64,000 bases of DNA. Source: Dethiobacter sp. Lineage in GTDB: Bacteria; Bacillota; Dethiobacteria; DTU022; UBA8154. Positions 26,607-35,937 of the stretch are shown in pieces (position 1 is the stretch's first letter; the number at the start of each line of letters is the position of its first letter). The position numbers and the translations under genes are program-made. The notes under the pieces are model-generated. The model did no database searches, was not told the origin of the DNA, and saw nothing but the letters and a program-made list of their open reading frames with translations. The DNA lies in assembly GCA_003605065.1 (NCBI GenBank), contig QZJM01000070.1:6382-70381 (forward strand), written 5' to 3'.

Positions 26607-27599
26607 TTGTCAGAGAAAAAAGGTATAATCCTTAGCGGGATGAGGCCTACGGGCAAACTACACCTGGGAAACTTGTTCGGAGCCCTGGAAAACTGGGTAA
26701 AACTGCAGGATGAATATCAATGTTTTTTTTGTGTTGTGGACTGGCATGCTTTGACTACAGCTTATGAAGAACCGTCCGACGTCAAAGAAAATGTTAAAGA
26801 AATGGTTTTAGACTGGCTCAGTTGTGGTATTGACCCGGAAAAAGCTGTAGTTTTCCGGCAGTCTGATGTTAAAGAACATGCTGAATTGCATCTCCTGCTT
26901 TCTATGGTAACCCCGCTGTCCTGGCTGGAACGCATACCTACCTACAAGGAACAGCTGCAGCAGATTGAAGGACGAAACCTGGCCACTTATGGATTTTTGG
27001 GATATCCTCTTTTACAGGCTGCCGATATTCTTATCTATAAGGCCACTGCTGTTCCTGTGGGAGAGGATCAGGCTCCGCATATTGAATTTACCAGAGAAAT
27101 TGCCCGGCGGGTTAATTACATGTACAACAAAAAGATTTTTCCGGAGCCTGCTACCATCTTAAATGAGTATAAACTGGTTCCCGGCCTTGACAATAGAAAA
27201 ATGAGCAAGAGTTATAACAATGTCCTGGAGATTTCTATCCCGCCACAGGAAATTCCGGAACGTGTAAGGATGATGATTACCGATCCGGGGCGTATCCGGA
27301 AGAGCGATCCCGGTAACCCTGAAATTTGTAGTATCTACGCCTTTCACCGTATCTTTAACCAGCTGGAACCGGAAAGTATTGAAACTGCCTGCCGGGGAGG
27401 AGAAATAGGCTGCGTTGAATGCAAAAAGATGCTTTCCGGCTGGATGCATAAATTCCTGGAACCTATCTTTAATAAAAGGCAGGAGCTGGAAAAAAATCCT
27501 CAGCTAGTGGCAGAGATTTTGGAAAAAGGCCGGGAGAAAGCTCAGGAAGTTGCCCGCAATACTATGCAAGAGGTGCGTTCCGCCATGGGAATGGTATAA
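26607..27599 (+). CDS. trpS: Tryptophan--tRNA ligase
   Basis: SGMRPTGKLHLGN (HIGH), GYPLLQAADIL, VPVGEDQ, KMSKS. Confidence 0.97.
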   Translation: MSEKKGIILSGMRPTGKLHLGNLFGALENWVKLQDEYQCFFCVVDWHALTTAYEEPSDVKENVKEMVLDWLSCGIDPEKAVVFRQSDVKEHAELHLLLSMVTPLSWLERIPTYKEQLQQIEGRNLATYGFLGYPLLQAADILIYKATAVPVGEDQAPHIEFTREIARRVNYMYNKKIFPEPATILNEYKLVPGLDNRKMSKSYNNVLEISIPPQEIPERVRMMITDPGRIRKSDPGNPEICSIYAFHRIFNQLEPESIETACRGGEIGCVECKKMLSGWMHKFLEPIFNKRQELEKNPQLVAEILEKGREKAQEVARNTMQEVRSAMGMV

Positions 27600-27603
27600 G
27601 ATA

Positions 27604-27624
27604 AAAAGCCTGCCCCAGGCTTTT
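27604..27624 (+). terminator. Rho-independent terminator after trpS
   Basis: AAAAGCCTG-CCC-CAGGCTTTT. Confidence 0.65.
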
Positions 27625-27672
27625 GAAGGGGGACGGGGGTAACAGCGGCATAATTTTCCGGAGGAAGAACAC

Positions 27673-28461
27673 TTGAGCACGTTAAAAAAGTTCAAAAATG
27701 ACAACGATAAAGATCGTTATTGTGTAAAACTTCCGGTTTTTGAGGGTCCCTTTGACCTTCTTTTCCACTTGATAAACAAAGAAGAGGTGGATATCTGGGA
27801 AATCCCCCTGGCAAAAATTACGGAAGAATACCTGCAGTACCTGCAATCCATGCAGGAACTAAAAATTGATTTGGCAGGAGAATTTCTGGTAATGGCTGCT
27901 TCTTTGCTTTACCTTAAATCACAGATGCTGCTGCCACAGCACCCCTCCTTTTTTCCCGGAGAGGAGGAAGAGGCTCTTTTTTTTGGGTCCAAGGAAGAGC
28001 TTGTTCGTTGCCTGCTGGAATATAAGCGCTTCAAGTTAATAGCCATAAACCTAAAAGAACGGGAAAACCAGCAGAAAAGAATCTTTTTAAGATCCCCGGG
28101 CCTCCAGAGGGTTATCATTGTTAACAGGCAGTGCAGTCTTTACCCTCACGACCTGGAAAGCCTGAAACATGCCTTTCAGCAGCTAAAAAAGAAAAAGGTT
28201 AAGAGAACGGAAATGATTTCCCTGCCTGAGGAAATGCCATTTAATCATAAGATCCGGCAGATTGTCGCCATCCTCAGGAAAAATAGTTTTTTTAAGTACT
28301 TCCTGGATGATTTCCTGAACAAGACAGAGAAAAAGGAGATTGTTCTGACCTTCTTTGTTCTTCTGGAGCTGGCTAAACGTGGAAGGGTTTCCTTGCAGCA
28401 GCAAAATATTTTTGGAGAAATATGTGTTTTAACACCTTTAGAGCGAGCTAAAAAGCTTTAA
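27673..28461 (+). CDS. scpA: Segregation and condensation protein A
   Basis: LPVFEGPFDLLFHLI, EFLVMAASLLYLKS..LLP, C-terminal VLTFFVLLELAK. Confidence 0.92.
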   Translation: MSTLKKFKNDNDKDRYCVKLPVFEGPFDLLFHLINKEEVDIWEIPLAKITEEYLQYLQSMQELKIDLAGEFLVMAASLLYLKSQMLLPQHPSFFPGEEEEALFFGSKEELVRCLLEYKRFKLIAINLKERENQQKRIFLRSPGLQRVIIVNRQCSLYPHDLESLKHAFQQLKKKKVKRTEMISLPEEMPFNHKIRQIVAILRKNSFFKYFLDDFLNKTEKKEIVLTFFVLLELAKRGRVSLQQQNIFGEICVLTPLERAKKL

Positions 28462-28487
28462 TAACCCCGAGTGAAAGGCTGGTATAC

Positions 28488-29069
28488 ATGGAGGAAGACA
28501 ATAAATCCGGGCAGGCCTTATCAACCATGGCCATACTGGAAGCCGCTCTTTTTTTAAGTCATGAACCTTTATCCCTGGAAAAGTTAAGACAGGTATGTGA
28601 GACAACTCCTCAAGAAATCAGGGACTCCCTGGAGAAGATAAAGGAAGAGCTGGAGAAAGATGATCGGGGCCTGGTGCTCCTGGAAATGCCTCAGGGCTAT
28701 CAACTTGGGACCAAACCGGAAGCAGCAGCTTATGTTGAAAAGTTGTTTGCCGAAGAAGAATATACCAGAACTTCTTTATCCCGGGCAGCTCTGGAAACGC
28801 TGGCCATTATAGCAATGAAACAGCCTGTTACCAGGCTGGAAATCGAAAATATTCGCGGGGTAAAAGCTGACGGTGTTATTGATAACCTCTTAAAAAAGGG
28901 TTTAGTAAAGGTTACAGGCCGCAAAGAAGTGCTGGGAAGACCTCTGCTATTTGGAATTACGGAAGAGTTTCTGCAGTACTTTGGTCTTAAAGATCTGGCA
29001 GAGCTGGAAGATTTAAAAAAGATATGGCTAACCGATACTGTTTTTCCTGAATTTGGAGAAACTAAATAG
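28488..29069 (+). CDS. scpB: Segregation and condensation protein B
   Basis: ILEAALF, GYQLGTKPE, LSRAALETLAIIAMKQPVTR.EIENIRGV, GRPLLFG.TEEFL..FGL. Confidence 0.95.
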   Translation: MEEDNKSGQALSTMAILEAALFLSHEPLSLEKLRQVCETTPQEIRDSLEKIKEELEKDDRGLVLLEMPQGYQLGTKPEAAAYVEKLFAEEEYTRTSLSRAALETLAIIAMKQPVTRLEIENIRGVKADGVIDNLLKKGLVKVTGRKEVLGRPLLFGITEEFLQYFGLKDLAELEDLKKIWLTDTVFPEFGETK

Positions 29070-29090
29070 AAAGACTTTATTTAAAAGCAG

Positions 29091-29795
29091 GTGTTCTCCA
29101 TGTGGCTGGATCTACTGCTGTCTTTCTATTTATGGTTTCTTTTCTTATTTGTTGTAGTCATTATCTTATGGTTGCCGCTGCAGATACGAATATCTATGAA
29201 TAATTTGCGGAAAGATAATAGTGTTTCCTTGGAAATGGAAATATTTATCCTGGGCAGAGTTAAATTGTTCAGGTGGAAAAAACATTTTTTAGTTACTGAA
29301 AATGTGTTCTTCTTGTCAGAAATGCTTGCCTCAATTGCGGAAAGGGGCAGATGGTGGAAAGAATTAAGTACAATCCGGCTTCGGAAAATCTTGTTTTTAA
29401 TGTACCGCTTTATCCTTGCCTTAAAGTGGAGGCAGCTGGACATTTACGTAAAACTGGGTGCAGGTGATGCAGCCTGGACCGGTGTACTCACAGGACTGTT
29501 GCGCTACCTTTCAGCTATGGTCTCTGCTGATCTTTCTAAACTGTTTCACTTGGAGAACAGGCCCCGTATATTAGTGTACCCGTCATTTCTGCAAAAGGAA
29601 ACCAATTTCTCCCTCTTGATGGTATTTTATACCAGCGGGGCTGTACTTATCTATCATTCAACTTTGCTTTTATGGGAACTTTTTTACAGGAGTCAAATTC
29701 AAATATTAAGGAGGCTGGTAAAATATGGGCGATCATCCTATACAGGGCTTAATGATAACGGCCATGGAAAATTTAAAGGAAATGGTCGATGTTAA
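29091..29795 (+). CDS. DUF2953-like membrane protein (YtfI position)
   Basis: N-terminal TM; KLGAGDAAWTGVLTG motif; directly upstream of ytfJ. Confidence 0.7.
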   Translation: MFSMWLDLLLSFYLWFLFLFVVVIILWLPLQIRISMNNLRKDNSVSLEMEIFILGRVKLFRWKKHFLVTENVFFLSEMLASIAERGRWWKELSTIRLRKILFLMYRFILALKWRQLDIYVKLGAGDAAWTGVLTGLLRYLSAMVSADLSKLFHLENRPRILVYPSFLQKETNFSLLMVFYTSGAVLIYHSTLLLWELFYRSQIQILRRLVKYGRSSYTGLNDNGHGKFKGNGRC

Positions 29796-30147
29796 TAAGG
29801 TGGTGGGCGAAGCAGTGGAAACTCCCGATGGCCATATTATTATTCCTGTATCAAAAGTAACTTTTGGTTTTGTGGCTGGAGGTTCGGAATTCGGTGCTGA
29901 CGAGGAGGAGAAAAAAAACCAGGCCCAAAATCAGCAAAACGCTTTTCCCTTCGGGGGCGGCAGCGGCGGAGGCGTTTCTATCCAGCCCATGGCTTTCCTG
30001 GTGGTGGGGCCGGGAGAAATAAGACTTTTACCGGTTGATCGCAACGCAATTTTTGACCGTCTCGTTGATCTTGCCCCTCAGGTTATTCAGTATATCCAGG
30101 AAATCGTAAAACCGGACAATGAGAAAAGGCTTAATGTAAAACTCTAG
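29725..30147 (+). CDS. ytfJ: Sporulation protein YtfJ/GerW
   Basis: HPIQGLM.TAMENLKEMVDVN..VG, IIPVSKVTFGF.AGGSEF, FGGGSGGGVSIQPMAFLVV. Confidence 0.93.
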   Translation: MGDHPIQGLMITAMENLKEMVDVNKVVGEAVETPDGHIIIPVSKVTFGFVAGGSEFGADEEEKKNQAQNQQNAFPFGGGSGGGVSIQPMAFLVVGPGEIRLLPVDRNAIFDRLVDLAPQVIQYIQEIVKPDNEKRLNVKL

Positions 30148-30308
30148 CTTCCGGAAAATTAATTATTTTCCTCTAGGCCGGGCTTTTTACAGCCCTTTTT
30201 TCATTTATCATAAAAAAGATAAATGAAGAATAAATATGCCTAGAGGAATTTTTGTTTTTTCACAAATGATATGCACCGTGAAGAAGAATTGTTGATGGGG
30301 AGGATAGA

Positions 30309-31433
30309 ATGTTAAAAAGAGTATTATATGTAATTTTATGTATATTGCCGTGCTTTATATTTTATTCTGTGGTAAGAGCAGAGACAGCACTGCCTAATCT
30401 TTCTGCCGAAGCAGCAGTGCTTCTTGATTGGAACAGCGGCCGGATTTTGTATGCCAGAAATCCTCACCTGTCCCGGCATATGGCCAGCACGACCAAAATA
30501 ATGACAGCCATTGTTGCACTGGAAAGGGGAAATTTTGATGATGAAGTTAAAACCAGTCCAAGGGCGGCGAATACCGGCGGTTCTTCAATCTGGCTGGAGG
30601 AGGGTGAAATAAAGACTCTGGAGGAATTGCTTTTAGGATTAATGCTGCGGTCCGGTAATGATGTTGCCGTAGCTATTGCAGAACATATTTCCGGCAGTGT
30701 GGAAAAATTTGCCGAATTAATGACGGAGAGAGCCAGGGAATTGGGGGCTCAAAATACTTCTTTTCGTAACCCCCATGGACTGCACCATCCCGAGCATTAC
30801 ACCACTGCTTATGATCTGGCGCTTATTTCCGCACATGCCATGGGAATTAAGGAGTTCCGCCGGATCATTTCTACGCCCGGAATAGCCATCTCCTGGCCGG
30901 GGCACCCCTGGGATCGCTTTTTATATAATCAGAACAAGCTGTTTACACTGTACCAGGGAGCGGAAGGAATTAAAACCGGTTGGACAACACCCGCCGGCCG
31001 TTGTTTTGCAGGTGCTGCCATCCGTAACGGGCGCCGCCTGATTTCCGTGGTTTTAAATGCACCACAGTTGTGGGAGGACACGGTGGCCTTGCTGGACTAT
31101 GGTTTCGCTAACTTTGAATATAAATGCCTTGTGGAGGAGAGACAGTATTTAAAATCGGTAGCAGTTGTTGATGGTGTGAGCGGAAAAGCGGAAGCAATTG
31201 CCTCCAGCAGTTTTTATTTCCCACTCAGGGCACTGGAAGAAAACAAAGTAACCTACCGCTTTATTTTAAATGAACCGCTAAAAGCTCCTCTTAAAGAGGG
31301 TGAAAGAATAGGAGAACTGGAGATCTGCTTTCAGCAGGAAGCAGTTGGTGTGATCGATTTACTTGCCGGACGTGAGGTCAAAAAAATCGGACTCTGGGTG
31401 AGTTTAAAAAGAAAGCTCGGGAGGAGAGAATAA
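30309..31433 (+). CDS. dacB: D-alanyl-D-alanine carboxypeptidase DacB
   Basis: STTK, SGN, KTG motifs; upstream of spmAB. Confidence 0.88.
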   Translation: MLKRVLYVILCILPCFIFYSVVRAETALPNLSAEAAVLLDWNSGRILYARNPHLSRHMASTTKIMTAIVALERGNFDDEVKTSPRAANTGGSSIWLEEGEIKTLEELLLGLMLRSGNDVAVAIAEHISGSVEKFAELMTERARELGAQNTSFRNPHGLHHPEHYTTAYDLALISAHAMGIKEFRRIISTPGIAISWPGHPWDRFLYNQNKLFTLYQGAEGIKTGWTTPAGRCFAGAAIRNGRRLISVVLNAPQLWEDTVALLDYGFANFEYKCLVEERQYLKSVAVVDGVSGKAEAIASSSFYFPLRALEENKVTYRFILNEPLKAPLKEGERIGELEICFQQEAVGVIDLLAGREVKKIGLWVSLKRKLGRRE

Positions 31434-31434
31434 T

Positions 31435-32076
31435 GTGGTAAATATACTCTGGGCAGGTATGATCGCCGCAGCTATTATTATCGCCGGTATAAACGGGAAG
31501 ATGGAGGTCATAACTCCGATAATTTTTGCATCGGCGGAAAAAGCTGTAAGTATTGCCTTGAGCCTGATAAGTGTTATGGCTTTCTGGCTTGGTATAATGA
31601 AAATTATTGAAAAGTCCGGTTTTATACACATAGTGATCTTTTTTCTTAAACCCCTGGCTTACTGGCTGTTTCCAGGTATTCCGCGCAATCACAGGGCCAT
31701 GAATGCCATGCTTATGAATATGAGCGCTAACCTTCTGGGTATGGGTAATGCAGCTACACCTTTCGGTATTAAAGCCATGGAAGAATTGCAAACTTTAAAT
31801 AGCAGACCCGATACAGCTACAGATGACATGTGTACTTTTCTGGCCATCAATACTGCCAGCCTAACCCTTATTCCCACGACCGTAGTTGCTTTAAGGGCCG
31901 CCACCGGGGCGTTAAACCCGGCAGATATTATCGGAACAACGATCATCGCCACTTTTTGTTCCACTTCCGTTGCTGTTTTAAGCGATCGTGTTTTTCGTCA
32001 TTATAACCGTTGGAAGAATAAGGGCACAGTACCGGATCCAAAAAAGAAAAAAGAAATTAAAAAAATCAGGGGGTAA
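31435..32076 (+). CDS. spmA: Spore maturation protein A
   Basis: MVNILW, FWLGIMKI, ANLLGMGNAATPFGIKAM, FLAINTASLTLIP. Confidence 0.93.
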   Translation: MVNILWAGMIAAAIIIAGINGKMEVITPIIFASAEKAVSIALSLISVMAFWLGIMKIIEKSGFIHIVIFFLKPLAYWLFPGIPRNHRAMNAMLMNMSANLLGMGNAATPFGIKAMEELQTLNSRPDTATDDMCTFLAINTASLTLIPTTVVALRAATGALNPADIIGTTIIATFCSTSVAVLSDRVFRHYNRWKNKGTVPDPKKKKEIKKIRG

Positions 32077-32077
32077 T

Positions 32078-32617
32078 ATGAGCCCTTTTTCTATTCTCAA
32101 TATTATTTCCATATGGGTTGTGCCCTCCCTTATTTTGCTGGCGTTGATTTTTGCTTATTTTCGCGGCGTTAAAGTCTTCGAGACGTTTGTTGAAGGAGCC
32201 AAAGAGGGCTTTGGAATGTCGGTCAGGTTAATTCCTTTCCTGGTGGGGATGATGGTCGCTATCGGGTTGTTCAGGGACAGTGGTGCCATGGAACTGATCA
32301 CCAGGGTTTTAGCACCCCTGATCAGGCTAATAGGTATCCCTACGGAAGTTCTTCCCCTGGCCTTTATGCGCCCTATTTCCGGAAGCAGTGCCCTGGCCAT
32401 CACGGCAGAGATTATGAACACCTTTGGGGCGGATTCGCTGCTTGGTCGTATGGCAGCGACTATGCAGGGCAGTACAGATACGACTCTTTTTGTCCTGACC
32501 GTTTATTTTGGGGCCGTAGGCATTAAAAGAACGCGGTATACACTGGCTGTGGGCTTGCTGGCTGACCTTGCGGGAATTCTGGCTGCCGTTTTTATTTGCA
32601 ATCTGGTTTTTAAATAA
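32078..32617 (+). CDS. spmB: Spore maturation protein B
   Basis: VFETFVEGAKEG, PFLVGMMVAIG, RPISGS, GSTDTTLFVLTVYFGAVGIK; start moved from 31988 to ATG 32078. Confidence 0.93.
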   Translation: MSPFSILNIISIWVVPSLILLALIFAYFRGVKVFETFVEGAKEGFGMSVRLIPFLVGMMVAIGLFRDSGAMELITRVLAPLIRLIGIPTEVLPLAFMRPISGSSALAITAEIMNTFGADSLLGRMAATMQGSTDTTLFVLTVYFGAVGIKRTRYTLAVGLLADLAGILAAVFICNLVFK

Positions 32618-32721
32618 TAAATATATTATAATCAAAACAGATCTGGGCAGGCCTGTTTTTTTAAAAAGATGGTATTTCTAAAAATTTACCGGCCTGCAGT
32701 AGTAAAAGTGGAGCAAGTTGC

Positions 32722-33465
32722 ATGCGCGAATTAATCAGATTGCCGAAATTCCTTGCTTCCGGGGGTGTGGCTTCCCGCCGTGCAGCGGAAAAGCTGATTG
32801 CTGCCGGCAGGGTAAAAGTCAACGGTATTCCGGTCAGGGAACCGGGAAGAAAAATCGATCCCCAATGTGATCGGGTTGAAGTTGATGATATCCCCGTGGA
32901 AACTGCCGGGGAGAAAAAATATTACCTTTTGTTTAAGCCCAAAGGTTACCTGACTACGGTCCGGGATCCTTTTGGCCGTCCTACGGTTATGGATCTTTTT
33001 CCGGAGGGGGCTAAAGACGGCCTTTTCCCCGTAGGTAGGCTCGATATGGACACGGAAGGGCTGCTTTTAATGACAAATGACGGGGAGCTGGCCTTTCGCC
33101 TTATGCATCCCCGTTTTCAAATTGAAAAGAAATATCTGGCCACGGTTAAGGGTGTTCCTTCAGCAGAGGATTTACTACAATTTCACCGAGGAATACTTCT
33201 GGAAGAAGGACGGACAGCTCCGGCTAAAGTAAAAGTGTGTTCACAGGGTAAAAGGAACACCCAGCTTTTGATCACAATTCATGAGGGTAAAAAGAGACAG
33301 GTTAAGCGCATGTGCCAGGCCCTGGAGCATCCTGTTATTTCTCTTAAAAGAGTCTCTTTGGCCTTTTTAAATCTCAAGGGGCTTAATCCCTCCGCCTTCA
33401 GACCCTTAACCAGAGAAGAGATCCGAAAGCTTTCCGTAATGGTGGGTTTGAAAGACCGGTTATGA
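32722..33465 (+). CDS. rluB: 23S rRNA pseudouridine synthase (RluB/RsuA family)
   Basis: S4 domain (RLPKFLA.GGVASRR), KPKGY, VGRLDMDTEGLLL catalytic Asp, EGKKRQVKRM. Confidence 0.9.
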   Translation: MRELIRLPKFLASGGVASRRAAEKLIAAGRVKVNGIPVREPGRKIDPQCDRVEVDDIPVETAGEKKYYLLFKPKGYLTTVRDPFGRPTVMDLFPEGAKDGLFPVGRLDMDTEGLLLMTNDGELAFRLMHPRFQIEKKYLATVKGVPSAEDLLQFHRGILLEEGRTAPAKVKVCSQGKRNTQLLITIHEGKKRQVKRMCQALEHPVISLKRVSLAFLNLKGLNPSAFRPLTREEIRKLSVMVGLKDRL

Positions 33466-33621
33466 GGGGGATAGGGAAAAAAGGAGGACAAGCCCAATAA
33501 TTCAACCGGATCTCGAAAAGTAGAGCAGGACTTTGCAGCTAACGATTCCTTTAAAGCCTATTTTAAACTGGAGGAGGATTGTAAAAGGCTAAAAGTTATG
33601 CAAAAGATATTCCGGTTCAGC

Positions 33622-33646
33622 AGGAAATATCGATTTCCTGGCGAAT
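33622..33646 (+). promoter_or_regulatory. sigH-type promoter overlapped by an 8-bp inverted repeat and a 0A-like box
   Basis: AGGA (33622-33625), 17 nt, GAAT (33643-33646); CAGGAAAT-ATCG-ATTTCCTG at 33621-33640; TGGCGAA at 33639-33645. Confidence 0.55.
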
Positions 33647-33774
33647 TAAATTTATGTCACAGGGGTAAAATGATAGTTAATATGAAAATAGCGCAGCGTT
33701 TGCTGGTGGCGTAGTTCCGGGTTCAGCTGAAGCCAAGTTCTACTACTTTTGTGACCTGTAGGGAGGGGTAAAGG

Positions 33775-34269
33775 ATGCTTAAATCGGAGATTAATTCACG
33801 GGAGAAAGAAGAAAAAAGTGAACGTCCCAGGGAACAACTAATTAACACCCGTTTAAGGTTTAAGGTGAGGTTTGATTATAAAGGGAAACCCAGGCCGGCA
33901 CGCTTTTTTTTCGGCGGGAGAAGAACAGAAAGCGTTGCCCAGGAGTTCAGGGAGCAGCAGGTTGCGCTCTGGAGAAACGTACCCTTGCAGGGGATATACG
34001 TTGAGAACATGGACCTGGGGGAGATATACAGCGTCTATGATGATGAGATGGATGAGGAGATAGCTTTTGCGCCTCTCGAACTGATGGTTTCAGCGGATTC
34101 CCTGGACGATCTTCTACGCTTTATTGTCAGGGAAGAATTCAGGCGCATTGAAATCCTGGAACCCGGCAGTATTATCCTGAATGGTAAGGAGATCGAGAGA
34201 TTGCTTTTTAAAATAAACGAGCTTTTCCAAAACAGGTTGCTGCTGCGTTTAAAAGAAAGCAGCCGTTAA
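33775..34269 (+). CDS. Conserved hypothetical protein
   Basis: 164-aa ORF with GGAGGGG RBS; VRFDYKG...FFFGG...REQQVALWRNVP.QG pattern of a type seen near cmk in clostridial spore formers (recalled, not searched). Confidence 0.75.
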   Translation: MLKSEINSREKEEKSERPREQLINTRLRFKVRFDYKGKPRPARFFFGGRRTESVAQEFREQQVALWRNVPLQGIYVENMDLGEIYSVYDDEMDEEIAFAPLELMVSADSLDDLLRFIVREEFRRIEILEPGSIILNGKEIERLLFKINELFQNRLLLRLKESSR

Positions 34270-34337
34270 ATAGGATCAAAAAAGGTATTAAACCCCCCCC
34301 TTTTGCATAAAGATATATGAAAGGGGGCTTTTACTGT

Positions 34338-34853
34338 ATGGACTTCGATAGATGGTTACAACGTTTTGTAACTGCAATAGAAAAAATTATTTTCAGAGTA
34401 GCCCTGGCACTTGTTGTTTTACTTTTTATCGTCCAGGCTATGCTTATAAATGGGAACTTACGCCTGTTCTTAAGTAAAACGGATCGGATGGAAGGAAAAC
34501 CCGTCCTGCAAAATATTCAGGATGTCATGGGTAGGAAAATTACAGGTGCAGAAAGACCGGTTTCACCTGCGCATGAAGAAATTACACTGGTTTTGGAACT
34601 AAGATCTCCCCCGGGAATTTCCTGCAATCTTTTTTTACTGGTTAATAACCAGGTTGCAGGACAGTTCGGGGAGGAAAATATCTCTATAACCGTTCAACCG
34701 GGAGATCTGCTGGAAGTGATTGGTGAAGTTTCGGGAGAGACGCCTGCTGCCATAAGGGTGGTTGAAGTCTATGGAAAATTAAAGGCTCCTGGAAAGGGAC
34801 ATGAAATAAAAACCTTTGGAGAAAGGGATCTTTTGGCCTGGATTATACCTTAA
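34338..34853 (+). CDS. Hypothetical membrane-anchored protein (YpfB-like N-terminus)
   Basis: AAAGGGGG RBS then ATG 34338; N-terminal IEKIIFRVALALVVLLFIVQ helix resembles B. subtilis YpfB, which also precedes cmk. Confidence 0.65.
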   Translation: MDFDRWLQRFVTAIEKIIFRVALALVVLLFIVQAMLINGNLRLFLSKTDRMEGKPVLQNIQDVMGRKITGAERPVSPAHEEITLVLELRSPPGISCNLFLLVNNQVAGQFGEENISITVQPGDLLEVIGEVSGETPAAIRVVEVYGKLKAPGKGHEIKTFGERDLLAWIIP

Positions 34854-34869
34854 TAATTCAATCTTAGGG

Positions 34870-34898
34870 TTGTCAAAAGAGTTATTATAGTATATTAT
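34870..34898 (+). promoter_or_regulatory. sigA-type promoter upstream of cmk
   Basis: TTGTCA, 17 nt, TATTAT. Confidence 0.6.
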
Positions 34899-34941
34899 TG
34901 CTTATGGAATGCTTTCTCTTTCTCTATGAGGTGGTAATAAG

Positions 34942-35184
34942 GTGCAAGGTGTAAAGACGTGGGTTATTAAAGTGGCCGTTATCTTTTATGTAAGCTGGAA
35001 AAAATGTTTTAAACCGGAGAGATTGTTTACTGATGCTGAAGAATTATTTGCCCCGTTATCCTCTGCGGGGATAAAAGTTTTTATTAACCGGGTCTTCTTT
35101 TCTGTTTGCGCCAGTTTGTATTTTTTTAATGGACAAGGGTGCAGACCGGTGAAGTTATCCGGTATTTTTATTTTGAGGGACTAA
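34942..35184 (+). CDS. Possible small ORF of unknown function
   Basis: GTG start behind GAGGTG, 80 aa, fills the gap between the sigA promoter and cmk; no recognisable motif. Confidence 0.3.
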   Translation: MQGVKTWVIKVAVIFYVSWKKCFKPERLFTDAEELFAPLSSAGIKVFINRVFFSVCASLYFFNGQGCRPVKLSGIFILRD

Positions 35185-35219
35185 GTGTTTTACTCGGATT
35201 GTATTGGGGTGAGGTTTAA

Positions 35220-35936
35220 ATGCAGATTGCTATTGACGGCCCGGCAGGTGCCGGTAAAAGCAGTGTAGCCAGGGAAGTTGGCCGTCGTCTGGGCCTGAAA
35301 TGCCTGGATACGGGAGCTATGTACCGTGCTGTTACATGGAAGGCTTTAAAAGAAGGTATCGATATTACTAACGGCAAATTACTGGGCCAGCTTGTACGGG
35401 ACTGTAACATGGAAACGGAATATAATGACAAAAAAGGGACCTTAATTTATCTGGATGGCGAAAACGTTACAGAAAAAATCCGCAGTCCCCGGGTTAATAA
35501 AAATGTTTCTATTGTGGCCAGGTCGCCCGAACTTAGAAGAGAGCTCGTTTTTCTGCAGAGGAAACTGGCTGAAAAAAGCGACGGGATCGTCATGGAAGGA
35601 AGAGATATCGGCACAAATGTTCTTATAAATGCGGATTACAAGTTTTACTTATGTGCCAGTCTGGAGGAGCGTGCCAAAAGACGCTGGCTGGAAATGGAAG
35701 CAAAGGGAGTAGATGTTGTTTTTGAGGATCTTATCAAAGAAATTGCCATGCGAGACCGTATTGACCAGGAAAGAGAGGAATCACCCCTGGCAATTGCTTC
35801 GGAAGCGCAGATTATAGATACAACTTCTTATACCTTAGAGGAAGTTGTTGAAAAAGTACTGGAAATTGTCTGCACTGCTAAGATAAAAGAGCACAGGGAG
35901 GACAGGATCGAAATATTCCATAAAGAGGGCCGCTGA
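35220..35936 (+). CDS. cmk: Cytidylate kinase
   Basis: IAIDGPAGAGKS, DTGAMYR, VMEGRDIGT, RDRID..REESPL. Confidence 0.96.
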   Translation: MQIAIDGPAGAGKSSVAREVGRRLGLKCLDTGAMYRAVTWKALKEGIDITNGKLLGQLVRDCNMETEYNDKKGTLIYLDGENVTEKIRSPRVNKNVSIVARSPELRRELVFLQRKLAEKSDGIVMEGRDIGTNVLINADYKFYLCASLEERAKRRWLEMEAKGVDVVFEDLIKEIAMRDRIDQEREESPLAIASEAQIIDTTSYTLEEVVEKVLEIVCTAKIKEHREDRIEIFHKEGR

Positions 35937-35937
35937 T

